Source: Chlamydiales bacterium (GTDB lineage: Bacteria > Chlamydiota > Chlamydiia > Chlamydiales > JAAZZY01). Taken from it: 64,000 nucleotides of DNA. The notes under the pieces are model-generated. The model was not told the DNA's origin and ran no database searches. It saw nothing but the letters and a program-made list of their open reading frames with translations. Shown one piece after another: positions 10,536 through 20,252 of this stretch. The stretch lies in assembly GCA_965206695.1 (NCBI GenBank), contig CBDBKM010000011.1, positions 394,552 to 458,551 on the forward strand. Direction: 5' to 3'. A program made the translations under genes and the position numbers. Each line of letters begins with the position of its first letter. Within the stretch, counting starts at the first letter, position 1.

Positions 10536-12551
10536 TTGGTAAGAGTATATAGAGAAATTAAAGGAAGTTTATCAGGCAAATTAAGGACTCTATATACAGT
10601 GGAAAAAAAATCTCAAAATGTCACTCAAAAGTTAATATCTAAACATCTTTTATCGGGAGAAATGATTCCCGGAGAAGAAATCTCTATGAAAATCGATCAA
10701 ACTCTAACTCAAGATGCTACCGGTACGATGGTTATGCTTGAATTAGAAGCTATGGGCTGTGATAAAGTAAAAACGAACTTGTCCGCTCAATATGTTGACC
10801 ATAATCTGATACAAACTGACTTTAAAAATCCGGATGATCATATTTTCTTAAGAAGTGCCTGCCGTAAGTTCGGAGTATGGTATAGCCCTGCCGGGAATGG
10901 AGTTAGCCATCCTGTTCACATGGAATCATTTGGGATTCCGGGCGACACTTTATTAGGTTCGGATAGCCATACTTGCGCAGCAGGATCATTAGGCATGCTA
11001 GCAATTGGAACAGGGGGATTAGAGGTAGCACTTGCAATGCTAGGCAAGCCTTTTTTTGTTACAATGCCAAAAGTATTTGGCATCTGTTTACAAGGAAAAC
11101 TTCCTGATTGGGTGAGCGCTAAAGATATAATACTTGAAGTCCTTAGACGGCATGATGTTATCGGAGGTATTGGAAAAATAATCGAATATTATGGATCGGG
11201 TTTAAAAAATCTTTCAGCTATGGATCGTCATGTCATTGCTAATATGGGAGCGGAATTAGGTGCAACAACAACTGTTTTTCCTTCTGATGAAGAAATTAAG
11301 CGCTTTATGACAACTCAACAAAGAGAATCTGAGTGGAAAAAAATTGTTGCTGATGAAGGTGCAATATATGATGAACACGATGAAATTGATTTATCAAAAT
11401 TAGAACCTTTAATCGCTCTACCCGGCAGCCCCGGAAAAGTTGTTCCGGTAAGAGAAGTTGCCGGTAAGGAAATCTACCAATCAATGGTAGGATCATCAGC
11501 TAATCCCGGCTTAAGAGATTTTCTAATCACGTCACTTATTGTAAAAGATAGGCGTATTGACCCAAGGGTTTCTTTCGATATCAATCCGACTTCAAGACAA
11601 ATATTAGAGAACATGATTGAAATGGGTTCATTAAGTGATCTCGTTCGATCCGGAGGCCGTATTCACCAACCGGGATGTAATGGGTGCATAGGAATGGGTC
11701 AAGCTCCTGCAAGTAACCAAGTCAGTTTAAGAACAGTACCTAGAAATTTTCCGGGAAGATCAGGCACAAAAGATGATCAAGTTTTTTTATGCAGCCCTGA
11801 AACAGCTGCTGTTTCAGCTTTAAAAGGTGAAATAACAGATCCTAGAGATGCCGATTTTAAATACCCGATTTTTACTGAACCTACTAAGATGATTCTCAAT
11901 AAAGAAAGTGTTATTGAACCTGCGAAAAAAGGCGAGACAACAAAATTAATTATGGGACCTAACATAAAACCACTTCCTAAATTCTCCGCTTTAGAAGATC
12001 AGGTTTCCGGCCCTATTTTACTGAAACTAGGAGACAATATTTCTACAGATACCATCCTCCCGGCCGGTAGTGATATACTTCCTTTCAGGAGTAATATCCC
12101 TGAAATCAGCAAATTTGCTTTTTATCAAGCTGATGAAAATTTCTATAATCGGGCTATGAAATATCAAGATAGTGGCTTTATTGTGATCGGAGGAAGTAAC
12201 TATGGGCAAGGCTCCAGTAGAGAACACGCAGCAATTGCTCCAAGATATTTAGGGTTACAGGCCGTTATTGCAAAATCATATGCAAGAATTCATAGAAAAA
12301 ATTTAATTAATTTCGGTATTCTCCCTCTTTTATTTGAAAATGATGAAGATTATGACACTCTCGATCAAGAGGATGTCTTAGAAATAAGTGATATTAAAAA
12401 TAATATAGCTAAAGATATCTCTCTTACCGTAAATAATAAAACCAAAAATCAATTATTCCAAGCTCGTTTATCTTTAACAGAACATGAAATCGAAATGCTT
12501 AAACACGGCGGATTAATTAATCTCTCCTTAGGTAATATCGTCATAAAATAG
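10536..12551 (+). CDS. aconitase-family hydratase (fused catalytic and swivel domains); start codon uncertain
   Basis: GSDSHTCAAGSLGMLAIGTGGLEVALAM cluster-ligand motif; C-terminal GGSNYGQGSSREHAA swivel motif. A GTG near 10597 is possible. Confidence 0.8.
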   Translation: MVRVYREIKGSLSGKLRTLYTVEKKSQNVTQKLISKHLLSGEMIPGEEISMKIDQTLTQDATGTMVMLELEAMGCDKVKTNLSAQYVDHNLIQTDFKNPDDHIFLRSACRKFGVWYSPAGNGVSHPVHMESFGIPGDTLLGSDSHTCAAGSLGMLAIGTGGLEVALAMLGKPFFVTMPKVFGICLQGKLPDWVSAKDIILEVLRRHDVIGGIGKIIEYYGSGLKNLSAMDRHVIANMGAELGATTTVFPSDEEIKRFMTTQQRESEWKKIVADEGAIYDEHDEIDLSKLEPLIALPGSPGKVVPVREVAGKEIYQSMVGSSANPGLRDFLITSLIVKDRRIDPRVSFDINPTSRQILENMIEMGSLSDLVRSGGRIHQPGCNGCIGMGQAPASNQVSLRTVPRNFPGRSGTKDDQVFLCSPETAAVSALKGEITDPRDADFKYPIFTEPTKMILNKESVIEPAKKGETTKLIMGPNIKPLPKFSALEDQVSGPILLKLGDNISTDTILPAGSDILPFRSNIPEISKFAFYQADENFYNRAMKYQDSGFIVIGGSNYGQGSSREHAAIAPRYLGLQAVIAKSYARIHRKNLINFGILPLLFENDEDYDTLDQEDVLEISDIKNNIAKDISLTVNNKTKNQLFQARLSLTEHEIEMLKHGGLINLSLGNIVIK

Positions 12552-12717
12552 TTCCTCGGGAAGCAATACAGCGGATGTGCACAGCAGCCAAGAATGATGC
12601 TGTATTCTTAAATAGAAGAATCTTAAAATTTTAAATTTACTATACTTTTGATAAAAAAGGTTTTTTTATGACCACCTTTAACACATAGGTGGCACGATAT
12701 TTCTGATGCACTTTAGG

Positions 12718-12847
12718 TTGACAGCTCCCAACCCTAAAGGGAAGGGATTCCTAATTTATCGACCACTGCTAACAAACAAGCTAGTCTAACATGATCTCCA
12801 AAGGCTTAAATTACCGACTGCCCTGCGGTATCGAGATTAATAGATGC
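12718..12847 (-). repeat. IS605-B right-end (omega-RNA-like) orphan copy with a stub of the tnpB 3' end
   Basis: Ends ttgacagctcccaaccctaaaggg ... gcagtcggtaattt; the last bases encode ...DTAGQSVI, as in the tnpB at 54295. Confidence 0.6.
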
Positions 12848-12895
12848 GCCCTTTCAACATCGAAGTGCAACAAACCGCTACAAATTAAACTTAAG
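12848..12895 (+). repeat. solo IS30 terminal inverted repeat fragment
   Basis: cgccctttcaacatcgaagtgcaacaaaccgctacaaattaaac is identical to the left end of the IS30 copies at 16054 and 38281. Confidence 0.55.
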
Positions 12896-13296
12896 GCATA
12901 CCCCCACCCCCGATCTGAAACGGTACTGTTTTGGATTTGAAAAACATACTGCACCGCGGTGCAAATACGGTGCAGTGAACTTGATAAACAACCAACAACA
13001 ATCAACAGAAACCAATAGATTTTTATTGATTTCCTCTCTATAATGTTGTTCGTTATGATTGGATATTGTTGGTTAAGTCTTTGATACACCGCCCTTATAA
13101 TCCGATGTATATGCGATTAATATAGGAGCTAACTCGTAAACTTCAGTAGCTTTTTAGGACGCTGATGGGATTTTAAAATTAAAATTACCACCTATTTATA
13201 CTGCAAATGTTGTGTGAATTAAGGTTTTTTTGCTAATTAAAGATATGACTGTAAAGTAATGCATGATAGAGATCTCAATGGAGCTATTAACATATA

Positions 13297-13405
13297 TACC
13301 GCAGGGGAGTCGGTAATTTAAGCCTTTGGAGACCGTGTTAGACTAACCTTTTTGTTAGCAGTGGTTGTTGAATCAGGAATCTCTTCCCTTTAGGGTTGGG
13401 AGCTA
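13297..13405 (+). repeat. IS605-B right-end (omega-RNA-like) orphan copy, inverted relative to 12718-12847
   Basis: gagtcggtaatttaagcctttggagaccgtgttagac...gggttgggagctatcaa. Confidence 0.6.
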
Positions 13406-13502
13406 TCAACTAATTCCGGGGAAGGATTCTGCCGCTTCGAACGGCAGTTTTCCGCTATTCGTAAATATTTTTTGAATCCGGGATAGAAATGCATATCTTT
13501 TC

Positions 13503-14606
13503 TTAGCCATTTAAATCCATCTCTTGTGGTTCTTTTTTTATTTCAGATGCATACAAAGGGCCATAGTTTACAAGAAACTCTTCCCCTTTATGGATATCCT
13601 TATTAGCCACATAAAAATTTATATTTTTACCAAAAAGGACTACACATATATTATTCTCTCCTATTTTTTTAAAGTTTCCTAGCTGAGCAGTGTTTACCAA
13701 ACTAAGCACATTTCCAGACGAAAATCCATTAATAGCGCGATGCGATGAGGATGTTGCAAATAGATATTCTGAAATTTTTCTTGGGCCTTGTTTTCGTTCT
13801 GCTTGCGATAAATCTTTGTTTTTACAAAGAGTACCTGCATAAGGTCCTAAAACTTCGAATTTTTTAATCTCTCTTTTTGCAAAAGCTGAACGTCCTCTAT
13901 CTGGCCCTATTTCTATAGGGGTGGTAATCTCATAAATCTCATCCAACCGCTTTGTATATTCCATCCTATTCTTTTCGTTTAATGTTATCCACTCACACAT
14001 GCTCTTCTTGATTTTAGATTTAATGTTCTTTATTTGTGGTTGGGCTAAACCATCCAGGTAGCTCTTGAGGAAACCCCATTCTGAGACTTTCATCAAGGCT
14101 ATTTCTCCTTCAGATTCAAATAAAAGGCTTTGTGTCTCATCCGCGGGGTTTTGCAATATGGGTAAGGTGTTGTTTATTTCACGATTAAATTTAGACGAAC
14201 CGGTCACATTAAGATCTGAATCTGCATTATGATCTGAACACGGTTCTTTTTTTATCAACACAACCTCGCTGTCTACTGGAGTATTAGTTTCTTCAGACAT
14301 AGATCCTCCTGGTCCTTTGTATTTAACCCTCTTTTCTTCCCTCCTTTTTTCCCACATTTTCTTCTTGGCATCAGACATTTTTTGTCTAGTTGCGGCAGTA
14401 ACTATACGACCCTTTCCTTTACCCTTCATACCGGCAGACATTTTTTGTCTAGTTGCGGCAGTAACTATACGACCCTTTCTTTTACCCTTCATACCGGCAG
14501 ATATTTTTGCTTTAGTTGCGTCAGTAACTATACGACCCTTTCCTTTACCCTGCATACTGGCAGATATTTTTGCTTTAGTTGCGTCAGTAACTATACGACT
14601 AGACAA
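13503..14606 (-). CDS. SET-domain protein, distal part of a gene split by an IS630 type 2 insertion
   Basis: C-terminal SET signatures (NVLSLVNTA ... EEFLVNYGPLY). N-terminal 22-aa repeats RIVTxATKAKISAxMxGKGKG continue upstream in 15565..15828. Confidence 0.7.
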   Translation of the reverse strand: MSSRIVTDATKAKISASMQGKGKGRIVTDATKAKISAGMKGKRKGRIVTAATRQKMSAGMKGKGKGRIVTAATRQKMSDAKKKMWEKRREEKRVKYKGPGGSMSEETNTPVDSEVVLIKKEPCSDHNADSDLNVTGSSKFNREINNTLPILQNPADETQSLLFESEGEIALMKVSEWGFLKSYLDGLAQPQIKNIKSKIKKSMCEWITLNEKNRMEYTKRLDEIYEITTPIEIGPDRGRSAFAKREIKKFEVLGPYAGTLCKNKDLSQAERKQGPRKISEYLFATSSSHRAINGFSSGNVLSLVNTAQLGNFKKIGENNICVVLFGKNINFYVANKDIHKGEEFLVNYGPLYASEIKKEPQEMDLNG

Positions 14607-14658
14607 TTTTTGTTTAGTTGCGGCAGTAACTATAGTACTTTAATTTTTATTTGATAAT

Positions 14659-15069
14659 ATGTTATCCTTCTTTTTTTATACAAACAATAAGGACAAAACA
14701 ATGCCTAGAGCCTATTCAGTAGATCTCCGAGAGAAAGTATTACAACATATAGAAAAACATCATGATAAAAAAACAGCCGGCCATATTTTTCAAGTAGGTA
14801 TCGCAACAATATATCGATGGATCTTGCAAAAAAAGCAAAAAGGACATTTAAAGCCAATCCGCAGAAAATATGCTTATAAGAAATTAGATGATGAGTTGTT
14901 ATCTAAATATGTAGAAAAACATCCGGATTATTTTTTATCGGAAATTGCTGATTATTTTTCAGTCACTCCGCAAACGATTTTTTATGCCCTTAAAAGATTA
15001 AAAATTACACGAAAAAAAAAACTACTCGCTATAAGGAAAGAGATGAAAAGAAACGGGAAGCTTTTATGA
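14659..15069 (+). CDS. IS630-family transposase OrfA (HTH part)
   Basis: 136 aa; identical copies at 33939, 54785 and 40214(-). Confidence 0.8.
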   Translation: MLSFFFYTNNKDKTMPRAYSVDLREKVLQHIEKHHDKKTAGHIFQVGIATIYRWILQKKQKGHLKPIRRKYAYKKLDDELLSKYVEKHPDYFLSEIADYFSVTPQTIFYALKRLKITRKKKLLAIRKEMKRNGKLL

Positions 15070-15554
15070 AAGATTTAAAAAATATTCCCTTTGACAAGAG
15101 AATTTATCTCGATGAAACCGGGATTCATCAATTTTTATTTCGTGAGTCCGGAAGAAGCTTACGCGGCAAAAAAGTTTTTGGAGCGGTTTCAGGAAACCGC
15201 TTTATAAGGCAAAATATTATTTCAGCCCTATCTAAAGGGCAGTTTTTGTCTCCAATGTGTTTTGAAGGTACTTGTAATACCGGGTTATTCAATATTTGGC
15301 TTAAGGAAGTTTTGACTCCTCAGCTTACACCCGGTAGTGTTCTTATTCTTGACAATGCCGGTTTTCACAAGTCAGCGGAAAGCAGGAAAATAGTAGAATC
15401 TGCCGGTTGTAAGCTTATGTTTCTTCCTCCATATTCTCCGGACTTAAATCCTATAGAAAAATATTGGGCTAATATGAAAAATAAAGTTAGAGAGATATTA
15501 CGAAAAGTTACGAATTTTAAATTCGCCATTGATCAAGCAATCTTATCAATATAA
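15066..15554 (+). CDS. IS630-family transposase OrfB (DDE part, PPYSPDLNPIE)
   Basis: 162 aa; overlaps orfA by 4 nt. Confidence 0.8.
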   Translation: MKDLKNIPFDKRIYLDETGIHQFLFRESGRSLRGKKVFGAVSGNRFIRQNIISALSKGQFLSPMCFEGTCNTGLFNIWLKEVLTPQLTPGSVLILDNAGFHKSAESRKIVESAGCKLMFLPPYSPDLNPIEKYWANMKNKVREILRKVTNFKFAIDQAILSI

Positions 15555-15564
15555 AATTAAATGA

Positions 15565-15828
15565 CTATATACGACCCTTTCCTTTACCCTGCATACTGGC
15601 AGATATTTTTGCTTTAGTTTTTTTACTATGTGCATAACCCTTTCTTCTACCCTTCATACCGGCAGATATTTTTTCTTCAATTGGTTGTTGGTTTGTTTGT
15701 GTAATAGAAGGCACAGCAAGGTTCGAAATGATCTCTTGTCTTTCACTGGTTGGAGGTGCTTGATTAATAACCGTGAAGACAATGTTTTGATGTTGTATGC
15801 TGGTTTGTATATTATTAAAAGTACTCAT
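15565..15828 (-). pseudogene. 5' segment of the IS-interrupted SET-domain gene (true start plus first repeats)
   Basis: Ends ...KAKISASMQGKGKGRI exactly at the IS junction and reads on into 14606. Confidence 0.65.
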
Positions 15829-16053
15829 AAAATTTAATTTGCCCTATTTTGTGTTTATATAATATTCTATGAGAAGTAATTATAATTTTTATTTGTTAAT
15901 TCTTTATTAAGAAGAACTGTTTGTTTGATAATTTACTACGGTTAATGAAGGCGGCTAAACCGCGTATTATGAATTAGTTATATATTTAATAGATCAACAT
16001 TTCACAGATATCTGATTTTTTAATAAATCTTAAGAAAAACAAATAATTTCTTT

Positions 16054-18248
16054 CGCCCTTTCAACATCGAAGTGCAACAAACCGCTACAAATTAAACTTG
16101 TCTGAAGGTGGTAAAAAATCTCCTATGGTAAACGTAAGAAAACCAAGGAGGAAAGATGCCAAACGGCTACCGTCACTTAAACAAAGACAAGAGATGCCAA
16201 TTGTATACCTTAATAAGAAGAGAAGATCCTATCACCTTAATTTCCAATGAGTTAAACGTAAATCGATCGACTGTTTATCGCGAGCTAAAACGAAATTGTG
16301 GAAAGCGTGGATATCGGTATCAACAGGCTCAAGAGAAGGCTTTAAAGAGACGAGGCTCAAAAACTCAACAACGAAAGATGAGCAGTGTAATGATTGCCAT
16401 TATCGAAGAGAAGTTAAGCGTGCAGTGGAGCCCCGATCAAATATCGGGATGGCTGAAGAAGAAAGGGTATCAAGAAGCTGTAAGCCATGAGACAATCTAT
16501 AACTATGTTTGGGAGGACAAAAAAAGAGGAGGCTTGTTGTATAAACACCTTAGACATAGTGGGAAGAAATATAACAAGCGAGGTAAAAATAGGGCCGGAC
16601 GAGGATGTATTCCCGGACGGACAGATATTTCTGAAAGGCCTGATATCGTAGAGAAGAAAACTCGTTTAGGCGATTGGGAACTAGATATACTCATCACGAA
16701 TAAAACTCCGGATATTTTGTATTCGTATAGTGTAAATTATTTTGTATGAATTCATTTTTAACACTATCAGAAGAAAAGCATCTCAGACAGCAACATAAAC
16801 GAGAAAAGAATGGTCGTATACGAGATCGTATCAAGGCTGTTCTATTGTCGAATAAAGGTTGGAGTAATACTCGTATTGCTGAAGCTGTGCTTTTAGACGA
16901 TGAAACAGTGTCTCGTCACATTAAAGAATATCAAAATAAACAGCAATTGCATGTAGAAAGCGGTGGTTCAGTCAGTAAACTTCTTGCGCCACAGTCAGAA
17001 GAATTCATTAAACATTTAACAACTCATACCTATGTCAAAGTAGAAGATATCTGTTCTTATGTTCTCGCGAAATATGGCATTGTTTATACGATTTCAGGGA
17101 TGACTTCTTGGCTACACTCACATGGTTTTTCCTATAAAAAGCCTAAAGGTACACCGGCTAAGGCAAATTCTGATCAACAAAAAGCTTGGATGCAATTTTA
17201 CACCAAGCTTATGGCATCTCTGCCTAAAAATGAGCCTGTTGAATTTGCTGATGGTGTGCATCCAACTATGGCAACTAAAATTTCTTATGGTTGGATTCGA
17301 CCGGGAACAAGTAAATTAATCGCAACAACAGCTTCTAGAACTCGAATGAATCTTATGGGGTCTATCAATTTAAACAGTATGAAGGTAACAATAGATGCTT
17401 ATGAAACATTAAATAGCGGTACCATGGCAAAACATTTTGCTTTATTACGGTCAAAATATCCCTCAGCTCCAAATATCCATCTTATTTTAGATCAAGGTCC
17501 TTATAATACAAGTATTCAGACCAAACAAGAAGCAGAAAAACAAGGTATTATTCTCTATTATTTACCTTCTTACAGTCCTAACCTCAATCCTATTGAACGA
17601 TTATGGAAAGTGATGAATGAATATTGTCGCAATAATCGGTTTTTTAATTCTGCTAAAGAATTTCGGAGATCGATTACCGGATTTTTTGAAAATACTTGGC
17701 CCTCTATTGCTCAATCAATGAGGACACGAATCAATGATCATTTTCAAGTCTTAGAATCGGCACTTTGATTCATAAGGGGTATACAATCATAGGAACAGAA
17801 GGGAGCGGAGTCATTGTCTCAATGGTCGAAAGAGTCTCAAAGCTAACAAAACCGGAAAAAGTCTCGCGTAAAACCGCTGAGGAAGTAAAGGATGCGCTAG
17901 TAAACAGGTTAAGACCGGTCCAAAAATTTGTCATGACATTAACTGCTGACAACGGGAAAGAATTTACTTACCATAAACAAGTGAGCCAATTACTTGAGAC
18001 AAGTTTTTACTTTGCTACCCCCTATCATTCGTGGGAAAGAGGGCTGAACGAGCATACGAATGGACTCGTTCGACAATATCTCCCTAAAAATAAACGGTTT
18101 GATGAAGTCTCAGCAGGTAATTTAAAAAAGATTGAGAACTTGCTTAACAATAGACCCCGAAAAGTGTTAAACTTTTCAACACCGGAGGAGGTGTTTAACC
18201 GTCTCAGTAAGGAAGCAGCGAGTGTTGCACTTCGATGTTGAAAGGGCG
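16054..18248 (+). mobile_element. IS30-family IS copy interrupted by IS630 type 1 copy B
   Basis: Ends cgccctttcaacatcgaagtgcaac / gttgcacttcgatgttgaaagggcg. Transposase split into 16156..16749 and 17765..18241. The uninterrupted copy is at 38281-39379. Confidence 0.8.
16688..17783 (+). mobile_element. IS630-family type 1 copy B, inserted at TA of ctagaTAcaatcatagg
   Basis: The filled site here can be compared with the empty site at 38906-38922 in the other IS30 copy. CDS 16746..17768 is an intact 340-aa transposase. Confidence 0.85.
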
Positions 18249-18351
18249 GACGATATCACCTAGAAAAAAAGAATAAAAAAAGGACCTAAATACCTTTATC
18301 TTTTCTTCATATTCGTTATCTAAACTTGGCCATCCTAATTTTATTAAAAAA

Positions 18352-19233
18352 ATGGGTTATATGTCATCTAAAATTGAAAACGCTTGGAATCTGTCATCGG
18401 AGGAAATTCAAAGAGATCATGTATTAAAAACATTTATTTCAAAACCGGAAAATTACCTGGGACGAAAATATTTTGACCTAACTTTTTCTAAAGATGAAAA
18501 TAATGATTTGCTTATCCTTTTTGAAGGAGTCTATATGCCTTGGAATACCATGCGAGATCAAGCGGATAAATTAGTTTGTACCGAAAACGGTGTTTCATTA
18601 TTAGGCAAGCCATTTATCACACTTAACTTTAAAAATTATTTAAACAAATATACCATTGAAATAGTTTCAAGGCTTGATTACACCCCATATTGCCACAGTT
18701 TTATCAGGTTAATAAATCCAAAAGGAGAGATTCAAAGCTATAGTCTTTATCCTATTGAAAGAATTACAATTCCCGGCATTTACCCATCAACCTGGCTTGA
18801 TGTTCCCTTACATATTATGTTCGACTATCCGGCAGAAATTGCTTCTGCTGATCCTGTCGAATATCATTTAGAGCGAGCAGATAAAGTCACTGTCTTCACC
18901 TATACCATCGATGAAAATAAATTCAGTAAAGTTCAAAATTTTATTCTTAAAAATCCTAACCCATTGACTTATTCTATATCCAATAAGGGTGATAATGCTT
19001 TTAATTGTTCCGGCTGGATAAGAGAAGCGTTAAAAGTTACTCAACTTGAAATTCCATCAGGCGGAATAATAAGTACTTGGCAACAGTATTTTGGTATTGA
19101 TTCTCCTTGGCGCTTAAACCAAGATTTACAAGCTATAGCTGAAAATCATACTATGTGCTCTTTTACAGATAAAAAAGAGGATATCACCATGATTAACTCA
19201 CCTTACGCACGCACTCTCGTAAAGAGCGTTTGA
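18352..19233 (+). CDS. hypothetical protein (293 aa); weak resemblance to a papain-like Cys/His peptidase (motif NAFNCSGW)
   Basis: ORF. Its last 12 codons and stop are supplied by a MITE copy. Confidence 0.5.
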   Translation: MGYMSSKIENAWNLSSEEIQRDHVLKTFISKPENYLGRKYFDLTFSKDENNDLLILFEGVYMPWNTMRDQADKLVCTENGVSLLGKPFITLNFKNYLNKYTIEIVSRLDYTPYCHSFIRLINPKGEIQSYSLYPIERITIPGIYPSTWLDVPLHIMFDYPAEIASADPVEYHLERADKVTVFTYTIDENKFSKVQNFILKNPNPLTYSISNKGDNAFNCSGWIREALKVTQLEIPSGGIISTWQQYFGIDSPWRLNQDLQAIAENHTMCSFTDKKEDITMINSPYARTLVKSV

Positions 19234-19275
19234 TTCTGTAACCTCCTTAGTAGAAGGCGCGCGTAAGGTGAGTGA
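19193..19275. repeat. palindrome-ended MITE (family PE-1), 5-bp target duplication gatta
   Basis: actcaccttacgcacgc ... gcgcgcgtaaggtgagt with gatta on both sides. Confidence 0.65.
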
Positions 19276-19341
19276 TTAAGGTACGGAACAATAATTTTGA
19301 AAAGAAAGATACCCCTCAAAATTATTGCTCTATTTAATTTG

Positions 19342-20133
19342 TTAAGACTGTTGAGGTTCTAGATTCCATTTATAGTAAGTATGACATGCTAATGCAACAC
19401 TTCCGGCTCCTGATAAAGCACCTAAAGTCAATTGAGACAAACCTTTTACTATTTCAAAATCTGTAAGATTCTTAATACCCTTAGAAATGAAATAATAAGA
19501 AGCTAATCCCCCAATAGCCGTGGTTCCTATTCTTACAGGATAGGAATCCATGAAAGAACCAATATTGTCTTTTGCGAAATCAAGAGATTCAGAGACTTTC
19601 TTTTCTTGCCAAAATTCATTAAGGCTCTCTTTAGCATTATGACATGTATCCCCTATCCGCTCACCGGCCCAATTCATATTTTCATGTACCGCATCCATTT
19701 TCTTGCGTAACCAAGGAGAAAAGTCCCAAAAACCGGGATTGCTCGAATTGGAATTTGAATCAGTAAAACCTGAGCCTTGTGGGCCTGAAGCATCCGGACC
19801 ACTCTGTGTTGAACCTTTTTGATTAGAATCAGGACCGGTTTGACCTGAAACGTCCGGAGGCGCTTTTATGGTACCCGGAGAAGCACTCGGGGTTAGGGTG
19901 GATGATGCATTTGAAGATACCGATTCCGTAGCTTGGGTAAACGTTCCTCCTCCGGCCAAATTGTCACTATCAGAATGAAGAGCAGATGAGAACGTATCTT
20001 GATATAAAGATGGTGTAGGAGTAAGTTTCGAGGTTGAAGGTGAGGGTGATAAGATTAGCGTTTCTTTTGCCGAAGAAATTTCGGTTTGAACAGTATCGCC
20101 CGGATTTGAATTTATTCCATTTGCTTGAAACAT
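19342..20133 (-). CDS. hypothetical protein with S/T/P/G-rich N-terminal half and C-terminal bilobed hydrophobic domain (Inc-like)
   Basis: 263 aa. VRIGTTAIGGLASYYFISKG ... LSQLTLGALSGAGSVALACHTYY form two hydrophobic lobes with a short hinge. Confidence 0.55.
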   Translation of the reverse strand: MFQANGINSNPGDTVQTEISSAKETLILSPSPSTSKLTPTPSLYQDTFSSALHSDSDNLAGGGTFTQATESVSSNASSTLTPSASPGTIKAPPDVSGQTGPDSNQKGSTQSGPDASGPQGSGFTDSNSNSSNPGFWDFSPWLRKKMDAVHENMNWAGERIGDTCHNAKESLNEFWQEKKVSESLDFAKDNIGSFMDSYPVRIGTTAIGGLASYYFISKGIKNLTDFEIVKGLSQLTLGALSGAGSVALACHTYYKWNLEPQQS

Positions 20134-20252
20134 TTAAATATCCTTTTGTAAAAGAATTAATGATGGAAAATATTATAGATTCAGCACCATTAATCAACAA
20201 GCATTTCATTAAGTTACCGTTAAGTTTAATTAAGATTAGAGTAAATTATTTC

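Larger units (their letters stand above)
14633..15569 (+). mobile_element. IS630-family IS, type 2 (two ORFs), copy 1; TA target
   Basis: Ends tagtactttaatttt / aaaattaaatgactata. Inserted at TA within the 66-bp coding repeats of the SET gene. Confidence 0.8.

Noticed and set aside
12811-13089. 92-aa ORF on the minus strand
   Set aside because: It lies within non-coding repeat and IS-end debris, with no start context or similarity.
14317-14654. 63-66-bp direct repeats x4-5, which could be mistaken for a CRISPR array
   Set aside because: They are the coding repeats of the SET-domain gene on the minus strand (22-aa units). There are no spacers, and the plus-strand ORFs 14317..14643 and 14382..14654 are antisense artefacts.
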